From Enoplolaimus lenunculus (taxonomy: Eukaryota), in the NCBI GenBank assembly GCA_030248215.1, contig JASANG010001329.1, forward strand, positions 248,001 through 312,000: 64,000 nt of DNA, given 5' to 3'. Of this stretch, positions 1-20,600 are shown one piece after another; within the stretch, counting starts at the first letter, position 1, and every line of letters starts with the position of its first letter. The notes under the pieces are model-generated. The model saw nothing but the letters and a program-made list of their open reading frames with translations. It was not told where the DNA came from and ran no database searches. Made by a program: the position numbers and the translations under genes.

Positions 1-552
1 ATTATTCCATATCACAGGAAAATTCAGACAAGGAGTCGCACCTGGCGGAGGCAGGAAACACGGGCGCACCTAAAATTTTCAAAGAAACCGGTAGAAAGCA
101 CTGATACCGGTTTTTGAATAACATGCTGAATTCTACAAGTGAAAAAATTTCGCTTTCTCGTATAAATCGTTTTGTTCTCGCAGACACCATATAGCAAGTT
201 AACTAGTTACCTGTTGCCTATTGAGTGTAATCGGTTCATTTGCGTAATTAGAACCACCTACTGATTTGTTAATGATTTGTGATCTTTGAACGCAGCAATT
301 AAAGTATTGCAATTTAGTGTTTTTGATTGATTTAAGCTCAACCAGTTATCGCCTTACAAGAAGACAAAATTTGATTATATACCTGGCGCAGGGGTAGAGC
401 GTTTATTTATGAATTAGCAGGCTTGCAGTGGGATTTCCGCTGTGTAGGCCCGCATTTTCAGCTACTGACAGTACCGCTGATTTTTAAAGTAGTCGCTCGG
501 GTGAAACTGTAACCTCAAAAGGTTTGATAATTACACCCTGTCTGTTTTCTAG

Positions 553-939
553 ATCATAACGCAATTGAGTAGTCTGGCCCGAAGTTTGACCACCGACAGT
601 TTAATTGCAGAATCACTCACTGGTGTAAGTTCTATCATTTTTAAGCCCCCACCCGCAACATTTTGGGGGTTTGATATATTTAAGCTCGTAATCGTAAGCG
701 ATTGGCAGAGGTGAATCCATAAATTTCTGATTTGGGAGCGGGTTGGAAAATGTTATGAAATTCAAGAAAATCAAATCTTTTATACGTGTTTTATAATTAT
801 AGAAAATTTATAAATGAAGCTGAAAATTGAAGATTTTGTCACGAGACAGTTTTGATCACAGCTCATTTTGAAGCCAGGGGTGCGTTACGTAATGGCTGTT
901 GCTCGACTACGACGTCAGACGGCCAGACTGCTCGCTTGA
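553..939 (+). CDS. Possible last two exons of a gene entering from upstream of the window (553-624, 862-939)
   Basis: A 72-nt segment bounded by tgttttctag and gtaagt is open in only one frame (IITQLSSLARSLTTDSLIAESLTG). Joining it to the tcacag acceptor at 861 gives LILKPGVRYVMAVARLRRQTARLLA*. No homology recognised. Confidence 0.25.
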
Positions 940-1184
940 GCAAGCTGGGTGGTCGCTTAGCGAAGATGACTTGATGAGGTTCGAGTTTGGAAAGTTTTGA
1001 CTTTAATTTAGTGGCTGTTTTAGCAAACATAACTCCAAATGTTGCTCTACTTTGGCTTATGCCATCCATCATTCTGATTGAAACTCAAGTTTATACTTGA
1101 TTATAGCTTATGTTCTAAACTAACCAATAGCGTAAAGTTTAAAAATGGTTCCTCTGGCTAAAGTTTAAGCGTTTAAAGGGCTAG

Positions 1185-1213
1185 TTATTATTATTATTAT
1201 TATTATTATTTTG

Positions 1214-1276
<63 letters not shown>
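1185..1276. repeat. (TTA)n microsatellite
   Basis: Directly visible, with one interruption. Confidence 0.97.
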
Positions 1277-1593
1277 GTATGAGGTTGCTTTGCAATATTC
1301 AGTTTAACTTTGTTACTGCAACAAAGTAGGAATCAAATTTACGTACTACACTTAGTTGGCTGTAGGCCATGAGGGCGAAATACAAAAAATACTGAACAGA
1401 CGCAGAGACGCGGGTATGATTTTTTCTGAGGCGTCACAGGGGTGGTTAGCAGATGATCCTACAACGGGGGCCGTCAAATCCGATAAAAAATCATTGTTAG
1501 GCATCAAAATGCCAGAGGTTGGGTAGAGTAGTTGGAATACCTCGCGAGTGAAAGAGCGACAGCATTCGTTTTACATTGAAATCGAAAATTTGA

Positions 1594-1709
1594 TATATAT
1601 GTATGTATAAATATATATACATATATGTATATATATGTATAAATATATATACATATATGTATATATAAATATATATTATATAAATATATATGTATATATG
1701 TGTATATAT
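1594..1709. repeat. Degenerate (TA)n microsatellite
   Basis: Directly visible; explains the spurious YIYI ORF at 1504-1752. Confidence 0.93.
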
Positions 1710-2753
1710 AGAAAAGCTTGAAGTACGCAGCTCTAATAAAACGAGACCGCAAAAAAATTTTCAGCCAGTTTCTCTCCTAGATTTTAATTTTAACATTTCA
1801 ACACGGTTTATATTAAAACGCACTGTCTCGAAATATACCGGCACTCGGAATAAGAATTTTTTAAACTTTAAGCAAATTTTCAAGTTTTTTGCTCACTTTT
1901 GAAATATTTTAAACTTTAAGCACGAAAAAAAGGCGTTTGACGTTGTGACTAGCAAAATTAGCGATAAAACTTCGAACTACTTGAGCAATCGAAGTTGTTG
2001 ATATAAGAAAATGACGGGCGTTTGCATTTTTATTAAAGTGTCTGTAGAACCGTATCGTTGGGACGCAGCATAACAGGGGGCAGATTAACGGTACGCCATT
2101 CCTGTTTCATCACTATTAGGCTACGACACTGTCTTATTAAATTATCGTTTAACGGTTGGCCAATTTTATTATGAAACTTATTAGCTGGTTTTACCCGTCT
2201 CACTTCAATTAAAGATTTTCGTCCAGCCGCTAGAGTATTTTGCAATAAGCAGACGCAAAAAGCTTCGACAGACTTGAGTCTAAATTTTAGGAGAATTTTA
2301 GCTAATCTCAAACTAAACTGCTTCCAATTAATTGTTTAAAAATACTTCGTCAAAACACTTATCAAGTTCCGTACCGTAGAAGCAGTGAAACCGGAAACGA
2401 AACTACCAAGGTAATAATGTATAATTTAGAGTTTAACTGAGACGATGTAGCAGCTCGAGACTTTTTTCTGAACCATACGCAGGCTTTGATTTTGACTGAA
2501 CTCGAACTTGTAGCCAGTTGAATGGCGAAAAATTGCAGAGCATGGCAACGATTTCGTATTATTTACATGCGCTTCTAAAATTGTTCTGGCAGAGGCGAAC
2601 ATTTTCATGACACGCAAAGCCATTACTCGGCCCATATTGGCTGCGTTACGGCCTTGCTTCCGCTGAGAGATGGAAATGGGACGCGATATCTGACCGATGA
2701 TCAAACTTGACCCATTTGTACTGAATCCATGTCCGATGTGACTCATGATCCAT

Positions 2754-2945
2754 GGCCTAAATGTCATTTTAAGGGGTGTCCAGGTTTCTGGTGGGTCTAT
2801 AAAAGCGTAGTTTTAGATTCTACGTTACATTTTTTGCTTAGGCTTAGGCTTTGGCTTAGTGACCCATTTTTACAACGCTTAGGCTTAGGCTTAGACTTAG
2901 GAATACGCTTAAACTACTGTTACTCCCCTTAAAGTAACATTGGCC
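2754..2945 (+). mobile_element. MITE family A (GGCC-ended, carries TTAGGC), subfamily A1
   Basis: Ends GGCCTAAATGTCATTTTAAGGGG and CCCCTTAAAGTAACATTGGCC form an imperfect inverted repeat. Two internal TTAGGC tracts. Colinear with 40077-40276. TSD not clear in this copy. Confidence 0.8.
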
Positions 2946-4803
2946 ACCTAAGTTAACATTTGATTTCACAGTTGTTCAAATCGTCAATTTGTCGATCGGT
3001 TAATTTAATAAAAATCAACATAAAATTTGTTACTCATTATTTATTTAACAAAATCGCGTCTGGCCACGATTTGGCCAAATAGGTTTAAGCTGTACGAAAA
3101 CTGTTATTTTGAATACACCTATTTTGCGCAATGAAAATAAAAACATTAAGTGAGATATTATCGAATTAACAATTGTGCAAACTGCAAACAGAGTTATGCT
3201 AAAGTCACTGAAGTAATATGTTTGTTATAAATGAACAACTTCATATGAACGACCGGTTAAATACTGGTCCATGCTATATTTTGAGCTGCTCTGAGGAAAT
3301 AAACTGCACCTTTATATCTCAACGACAGACTTTATATAAACGACATTTAAAACTCAGTTATATACAATTTGCTATTAACTGCGCTGCAGTAGTTATCAAG
3401 GGAAACTAAACTCCCGCTTTGAGTATAAAATGCCAAAGCAAGCAACAACAGACAGTAAACTATACCTCTAACAGGCTGTTATGGTAATGATTTTTACGGC
3501 GTGCAATAACAGCCAGCAGTTCAGTAACGCATGCTAATCTAATGACAAATTGAGTTTGCCATGAGATAACAGTACACTTGTTCCTATTGAAAGCCTTTGA
3601 TCCATGACCCGTTGTGACCCATTGAAATTGCTCAAATTTCGACGCGCCACCCACTGCCCCATTTCCAACTCTGCCTCCATTCTATAAATGTTATTTCGAT
3701 TTTCAAACAGTGTCACGACATTTTTTTTAAATTTTAATATTTATATAATTTCAGAGGTTTACTTTTAAACCTAAAGGCACACAAACTATACGGTGCCCTT
3801 TAGATTTTGTTAACACACAATAGCTGTTGTAAAACAACACTGTAAATACACGCTGCATGCCTAATTTATAATTTAACATATTTCAACTACTTGCAAAGTG
3901 GAAAACTGTCAGCAGCCTGTTTTTAAACTTTGCTTTCGTTCATTGATATTAAAAGCAATTTATCGGTCAAAGAAAAAATAAAAAAAAACAGATTTAAAGA
4001 CCCCAAATTTTGTAATGTCTTGCTCGGTTCAAATTCGACTCCAGTTGAATTCACATTCAAGTCAACGCGGTGGAAAACCGTCCGTCGGAGCAGGGACGCT
4101 GCAACGATCCGGTGGTTTGATACACGAACTGAGCGCATCTCCAGTGGCGTTTACTATACCGTACCGAAAGATTGAAAGATCCTATCGACAAGAACAAGAA
4201 CGATCGTCAACGTCGTCGTCAGCGGTAAGCCGGAGGGTCGGGGTGGATTTCATCCAACTCTCATTTATGGGCAGGCTGAAAATAGGAATTTGAACTACGG
4301 CCTCCACACCAGATCGGTTATCATTATTCCCATGTGGCCTAAGGAAAAATCACGATTCTTCAAATACGCATTCATAAACCCCAACGCAATCATAAACCCC
4401 AATTTAGACCGCATCTGGCCGTCCGCGGTGAACTGAAGGGTACAATAACGAATTCCGTTCTCCTCTCAGGTAAAGGTATTTCGAAGAGACGCATTGGAAC
4501 ATTGCGACCCTTCCAGTCTGTATTCATTATGCTCAGGTGAAAGAAATAACTGTTTTATTTAACAATCATTGATAGTTTGCCTACATCTATTATCTGATGG
4601 TCCGGAATTTTTTTAGTCATTTTTTGGTTACTGGGCCCAACCGATATAAGTTCCTCGGTACGCTCCTGCTGTCATTTTCTCCAAAAATTATATAAAAACT
4701 CAGCTTTATGCTTGGTAGTAATTAGGTAAGGGGGAGTGTTTGCATTGTTACATACGTATAGTACTTAACCCATGCGGTCCGCAGAAATTTGTATTTGGGG
4801 GTA

Positions 4804-5244
4804 CTGTAGTGACTCGAATAAGAAGGGGGAGACTGATATTTATTTGGCCTCTCCAGAGGGTATCCCCCTGTTATTCGGTTACGGACTGTTATTTATTTTT
4901 AACCCACGCTCAGCCACCTTTCGTTACTGATATATATCCGGCACTGCAACTATCCGTTGAATTAAACGTTTATTTGTTTTGTGTCAATAGCTTGAGCGAT
5001 AATGCAAGGTTATACTTAGGAATGTACTTTCAAAACTTAAGTACGCTTTAAAGTTTCGAAGTCAAATTATTTGGACTTGGAGTCATTTATGAGCTACAAT
5101 TAGGGATAATTGACATTTATGGACTCTAATAGGGTTCAGAGACTCTATCCGCTTGCTGACTCTTATCAGGGATACGGACTCCTATTGATTGGGACGAAGA
5201 ATGGGGACCCCTCTTATTACTCCCTCTTATTCGGGTCGCTACAG
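4804..5244 (+). mobile_element. MITE family C (Tc1/mariner-type, TA-flanked, ~440 bp)
   Basis: ta|CTGTAGTGACTCGAATAAGA ... TCTTATTCGGGTCGCTACAG|ta terminal inverted repeats. Related copies at ~43570-43668, 45846, 46945, 58354 and 63670. Confidence 0.85.
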
Positions 5245-5528
5245 TACCAAACACTTTTGGGGGGCTTATAATAGCAATATAAGTTTGTTTACTTTATACC
5301 AAGTCTATTTGGTGGGCACCAGCCAACTCTGGGGAGGCACGGCCCCAATGCCCTCCCAGTTAAGACGCCCTTGGTCTAACCTGTTTAACTGGAAATATTA
5401 ATCTTGTATGTACAAGTTTGCGAACCAGTATATACCTGAATCGTCTGATAATTAAAGCCAGTTTAATTTGTGCTCAATTCTTGATTTGTTCCTCACATAT
5501 TAAATAACTGCGAAAATATATATTTTAA

Positions 5529-14194
<8,666 letters not shown>

Positions 14195-14893
14195 ACAAAT
14201 TGAACAGATGATGGCCTGCAACGAGTGTTTGAAAGAAAAGCACAATTCAAGCTGCCAACTTTGATAGTAAATATTTTCGAATCTAAATCAAGAATCAGAC
14301 ATGTAGCTAGCGAGGGCATTGGGAATTCAGCCTTTTTAAAAATTTAGCCCCTTGCCTAAGAAAACAAGTTCTAGCATCACTTGTATATCATCTGAAATCT
14401 TAGCGTGTGCATGTTCTGAATTGATTTGCCCCTTCTAGCATGTTAAGCTAGCTACGAAGTTGATGAATAGTGTCAAGAGTGGATAAATGACCACTTTCAA
14501 CAAAAGTGTACAACTGGGTACAGTCTGTATACAAAGGAATGTACCCAGCACACGCTGCGTTTCCGGCCTACGCCCCTATTTCAGGTGGTCTGTATGCAGT
14601 GTTGTATGCTGCTCAAATTGTTTTTTATGTGATCATATAATATTCTAGCAAATGATAATCCCCTGGTTAAGTGGCTCGACCAATAACACCGCCAGGTGGT
14701 ACATTTTATATCGCACAAGTTTTAGTAAAAGTTGCACACTCTTGCCAGTGACCATCGACTCTTGGTAATATTTCATATACAACGTGTCAGATGTATAGAA
14801 TAAAATTGTAATATCGCCATAGAAGCAGGGCGATAACTGTTACATTGCCCGAGGGAGTTATATGCAACGTTTGTACACAACTGGGGGCCCTGT

Positions 14894-15003
14894 GGCAGTT
14901 AAGAAGTATTAGTTAAAGACCGAGGGCTCTTCCAACTGCTCGAGGCCGAAGGCCGAGACCATGGAACTGCCCAAGGGTCTTTAACTAATGCATTTTAACT
15001 GCC
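14894..15003. repeat. Imperfect palindrome, probably part of a DNA-transposon relic
   Basis: GGCAGTTAAGAAGTATTAGTTAAAGACC pairs with GGTCTTTAACTAATGCATTTTAACTGCC around a GAGGCCGAAGGCCGAG core. Confidence 0.75.
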
Positions 15004-15292
15004 GTACGGCGCAAAGCTCGAGGCTTATTTAAATACACAGTTGATGTAATATTATAATAGGGTCATTCATTGGTTGTAGTAGGTTTTGGAAAATTCTGTT
15101 GCTACAAACCAAATGAGTTTGTATTTGACTGCTAATTTAATATCCGGCTGTTTTAGAGCAAATTATGGCTATATTCAGAAATGGTAATTTCAATGTACCC
15201 CCTCTGGAGTGAGGCAAATCCACTGAATAAACGTAAAATCAGTGCTTTTGTGGCTAATCAAATTTGTAAAATACCATAACAAAAATTCCACT

Positions 15293-15543
15293 ATACACTC
15301 AAAATAATATTTCTGATATTTAAGAAAAAATTTCTTACATTTGAGAAATATGCTTAGCAAGGTGCACTTGGAAAGTATTTCTGTTATAACAGAAATGTTT
15401 TCAAAAAATGTTCTGAAATAAAGTCTGAAAATAAACGTTTTCCTGTTTTTTTAGAAAAATTGTCTTAAATATCGGCAAAACTTTTCAGATTTGCCACAGA
15501 AAACACTTTTCTGAATAAATTCAGAAATACTTTTTTGTGTGTA
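15293..15543. mobile_element. Degenerate palindromic MITE (ta|CAC...GTG|ta)
   Basis: TACACTCAAAATAATATTTCTGA ... TCAGAAATACTTTTTTGTGTGTA ends, with internal TTTCTG/CAGAAA repeats. Confidence 0.55.
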
Positions 15544-17652
15544 GTGGTTCTTCCAGAAGTGTTTTTTGTGTTTTCGCAGAAATACTTGCGGTAAAATTTG
15601 ACATATGTTTTCGCAACACTATTATTAACGATCGATGGTGATCTAAACCTAAATTACCCCATACACAGAAAAATAATCTGTATTGAACTAAAATGTTTTT
15701 TCACCCAAGTAAACCAGATCGCAATGCAAAAAAAACAGCAAAATAATTGAATAAAATTGTTAACATAGTCAGGGCTGAAGCAGCCGCCCCCATATCCCCC
15801 ATTTGGGGGGGCAACCCCCCCACCCTGGCCGAAGTTACACCTATCACTGGTAAAAAGGTTGTTTGCCGATGGGTTATCAGTGAATCAAAACATTCTTGTT
15901 CGAACAAAATCATGTAGTATAAGAGCGTATCAATGACACATGGTTTCGTTACAATTTGTCTTTATCGAGCAATAGGCTGCAGATTCAATGATTATCTGTT
16001 TCGATCATCTGATTGGATATTGCTTTCTGAACTAAGATTTGCAGACTGCTTTTGTATGGGTTACATGCATGGAAAAACATTTTTAGGAGCGTACAATTTT
16101 CTGCTGAGCTTACTGATCCCTTCTGGCTACTGACCTGACTTAATAATTTTGATGTTTCAAAACGTCACACAAACAGTTTTTCAGACAGAAACAATTTGCT
16201 CAAGGCTGAATGACTCATCAAGCATAAATTGAATATATAACTTAAAAATCAGCTGATAGCAGCTTGTTCGTTTTGATTATTTTATCACAAAACCGAAGCT
16301 GACCATTTCAGCGTCACTCGAGTTACGTTGCAAAAAGCTATAGTAACTTTTAAAACTATCCATTTAGTAGAAACAGCGATAATATTGCGCATTACATTTA
16401 TTGCCGTTAATAAAACGAGGTTGTTTGCCAACGGATGATCAGTGAATCAAAACATTCTTGTCTGCACAAAATCATTGTAAGCGTGTAAATCACACATGGT
16501 TTCGTAGCAATTTGTTTAAGACCTCACTCAGAAAACTTGTGAACGTATTGTCCAAGTCAAAGAAAAATGTAACCACCTATGAGAACAAGAATGTGGGCAA
16601 ATGGAATAAGGTATATTGTTTCTGCCATTCAACCTTCAAAAACGCACGAATTATCTCCAATTTAACAGAAAATTTCAGGAGTGTAATATATACTTATTTT
16701 TCACTCATAATGTACTCGTATCCACGTAATCTTTCCCGGCTCGTATTTACACGCGGGTAGCGTGTAGCTCTGTAACCAACTTAAACTTTACGGCAAAGTC
16801 AAAATTTTGTGAAAGTTTTGATGCTGGCAAACGAACGTTTCAAACCTAGCAGTGCATAGTTTAATAGTAGTCAATATGTGCTTGTCAATCCGCTCAAACT
16901 TTATATAAATGCAAAAATACGCAAGTCAGTGTCGATGTCGACCAAACTTTGACTTCACTGTGAATTTTAATACCAAAGGCGCCGATTATTTTCAAATTCG
17001 TCGGAGCTTGCAAACGACTTAATACTACAACAGAACGCTGCTTTTTTCAATAGTTGATAGAACTTTAGACAAAATTGAAAACAGAATATTAAACTCCGAC
17101 AATTCAATGAGTCATTGTTGAACAAAGTTGGATTCAACTACAACTTTAAAAGCCAAAGACGAACTCTGGCGAAAAATCTAATGCTTGAAAATCAACCTTT
17201 TAAACCAAATTTATTCAGTCGATAGCCGTTCAGTGGGTTACGGTTAAGCTATTTACCATCACAACTGTTAGAACATGCGTCACAAGAGCATTACGTAGAT
17301 CTCAGCTTGTGAAAGGTCGCTGCAAATATGCCTTGCATAACTTCTAAACACTCGCAAAAATTTGTCTGATCATACGACGCTACAGAATCTGCAAATTACC
17401 TTTCTGTAAGTTTTAAATAATTACGCATATGTGTTCGTAGTTCGGCCGTAAATTTAACGGATTTTTCATAAGGATGATATTATCACCATAAATTATTTCA
17501 CTGAACAACAACAATCTTCTCATCTGTACCCCCTCACTCCCAAATAAACTCGATTATTATTTCAGCGTTGCTTGTAAGATGCAAGGATAACAGATGGTTT
17601 ACATTGCGCAAAAAATAACCATTAAAAACCAATGCCACCGGATTCTTCATTC

Positions 17653-20600
17653 TTACAGCAGCCCAGTAGCCCCACCAGCGCCTTTCCCTGCAACGCGTTT
17701 AATAGTCGCTTGCCGCTTTACTTTCATCGGCATCATCATTTTGGTTTTGACTTGAGCTCTTCTAGGCGCTTGTTGTCGACGTGCAGTTGCTCCTATTCCT
17801 CTACTTATACCACTTGAAGTTCCAGCACCCATACCATCGCCTCGCATTGGTCCGTAAGGTCCCATACCAGTCGAATGTCCACGTCCTGTCAACGCTCTAA
17901 AAAATCGACCAATAAACGTTCTTCGTGGTTGATGTTGATAAATTGATGCACGTGAGCTGCCAGTGAACGACGCTTGCAAAGGATGCAGTGCAGTTGCAGG
18001 ATGCAATAAGCCTCTTTGCACTGCTGAAGACCTGAATTGTGTCTGCTGTCTGGGGTCTGATCGAATATTTGAAGACCCTGTCGATGATAGTTGAGTCGTA
18101 TATGGCGATTGTTGTTCATCTTGTTGATGTTCCAATCGCTGCGGTTGTATCGATTGCTGTTTCCATTGTTGTCGCCGAGATTTTGGTGCTGTTTTGCGCT
18201 CTGAATGCATTGTTGCTGGAAGACCTCGTCCGCTAGTGTCAGTCATAAAAACGTCTGGTTTCGTAGAAGTTTCATGGCTGTACAGCTTTGAATCCAATGA
18301 ATCATCGATTGTTCCACGTGAAGAATATTGTTCCTGTGTTGCGTTCAGCTGCGATCGCTTTGATCGCCCCTGTCGAGGACTGTCCACCCGAATTGATGGT
18401 AGAGTATGGTTTTCTCGATGCAATTTTGGTCGAATATAGCCATCGTCTGACTGTCGCTGATGGTATGAGTCGTGTTCTTCTTGTTGATAACTCCATTTTT
18501 GTTGCGATTGTTGTTCGTCTTCTGTTCGCAAGATCGACGGAGGCAACGATTCTTGAGAATCGACATATGATTGACGAGACGAACGTAACGCGGCTGCGGT
18601 TGCGCTATTTTGGAATAGTTTTATGTCGTCTAAGACTGCAAGTGATGACCGGCGCGCATGAAAATCAAGAAGTCGTTCTCTGAAACAGTTATGTAACTCG
18701 CCCTCTTTTGTTGACAATTCTTAAGAATCGAACAAAATCTGCTTCAGACTGCTCAATAAACCTTGATTCAGTTGGTTGCTTTGTAATGTGATTATCCTGC
18801 ATCCGGAAACATAGGCACTTGACTTCTTAGAAGACAGTTCAATCACATTTATTCAGCTTTTATATGCATTCACTGAAATGCTACGGTAGTCTTTTATCGA
18901 GTGCATTAGAAATATTAGTATTTAACATAAAGTACCATAATTCCGATTTCCGTTCTTATCTCGCCGTGAAAATTAATAATTTTAATGTTAACAGAAAATT
19001 TTTTTGCAACTGTTAAGCTCTAAAGTACCTAATATTAAATAGTAATTGCCGTTAGCAATTAATTTTAACTACTATAGTACCTTATTGGTTAGTTTTAACA
19101 AAATTAACCAAAGCTAAATGTAAATTTCAAGTAGAAACTTTTACAATGTGTTCTTAGCATTCCTAACTACTCGTATAACAAATTTGAAATTACCTGGAAT
19201 TGAAAATTGTTCAAAATATTCTGTTCAAACTGAACTCTCTTTTTCATTCCACCACGGGGTCACTCCTCTTTACTGTGGACACAGCATTGACATTTTGAAT
19301 ACTTAATCCTTACTTCGCTTTCATACGCTTGCGTTGAATTCGCATGACAAGATCCATTTCAGACGACGCCGTAATTGATACACTCCATCGTGCAAGAAGA
19401 ACCACAAAGCACGCCAGCAAAAGTCCAAATGGCAGCAGAGCGTGATTCATCCAACTGGTAACGTGATCGTACTTTGGAAAATTTTCCGAATCGATGAGCT
19501 GCCAGCCAGTAGCGTGTTCGATATAGTCGCGATAACTTTTAAATATATCTAAAAATTATTTTCACTGTATTAATAATTTAGCTAATAATGCAATACTGCA
19601 AGTTAGAACGCTAAGGTTACAATATTCGTGTATAATTTTTTCAACTATTTTTCTAAATGTTTAAATTAATTTTGGTTTATATTTCAAAGTCGCTAACAAC
19701 ACCCGAGCCTAAAGTGGTTTGATGTGAAAATAAATGTGACTGAACGATTTTCAGCTTACCTGCAACCGCTCCTTTGGTCAAAAGCGACATATGCTCTGAA
19801 TCAATATCGGATCCAAACCGCATTTTTGAATTGTACAGCAAAAGGACAGACAAACGAACAACCGTTAAATCAGATCGAACTTCAACTGATGAAAATTTGA
19901 CACGATTCGGAGTGAACCTGCTAAAATTAAAATAAAACAACTTTATAAACATGTTTTTAGTCAACACCAACAGGATTGGTGCAACTTGCTAAAATGCATT
20001 CAACACAACCTTGCGTATAAGGTTATTTTTCGTAGGTCCTTGCGTATAAGGTTATTTTTCGTAGGTTTATGCTTAGACATCAGCTTAGGAATATGCTTAT
20101 ACTATTATTAATGCATTGGCCCGTACGGGGCACATAAATGTTTCCACTCAATCTTCTGAAATATGCCGGTGTAAACATTTTGATTTCATAGCAGTGTCGC
20201 ATTTCCCTTTTGCTAAATTATTTTCGAAAATGCTGTGCTTGTGCAAATTTTGGTCGAGCTGTTACAGCAATCAAAATATAAAATTACATCATCTAGCGCC
20301 CACCCATATTCCTCATCCCAACAGGGATCAAAACCAAATTTTGCATACTAGAAGTACATTCAGCATCCCAGTTCCCTCCCAAGCGTTTGTTAGTGTTATA
20401 CAGGCATTAGTCCCCTTAAGAATTTTCTGAATCCGTCGCTGAGTTGAACCGCAAGAAATCGTACTCATTGGTCCAATCACTCAAACCACAAGCTTCGTAG
20501 TCATTACTACAGTAGTTGTTCGCTGCTTCAGCGATTGCAATTCTTAAACCTTTTCTTGTGACATTGTTCCACTGAAATTTTTAAAAATACCTACTTACTT

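Noticed and set aside
376..540. TACCTGGCGCAGGGG resembling the U1 snRNA 5' end
   Set aside because: It lacks ACTTACCTG, the GATCACGAAG and CATTGCAC loops, and a properly placed Sm site.
1504..1752. YIYI-rich ORFs (also 9981-10181)
   Set aside because: Translations of TA microsatellites.
2426..2767. 113-aa minus-strand ORF
   Set aside because: It starts inside a MITE, has no recognisable motif and has no supporting exon chain.
4486..4500. 14-nt match (AGACGCATTGGAAC) to kinase exon 8
   Set aside because: Several 14-mer matches are expected by chance in 64 kb, and the match does not extend.
17889..18683. Multiple ORFs overlapping the large terminal exon
   Set aside because: Shadow frames of one GC-richer coding exon.
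18680..18717. ORF-track start of the 354-aa ORF
   Set aside because: It is a TTG start. The segment is intronic, upstream of the tgtttcag acceptor at 18680 that joins in phase to exon 5.
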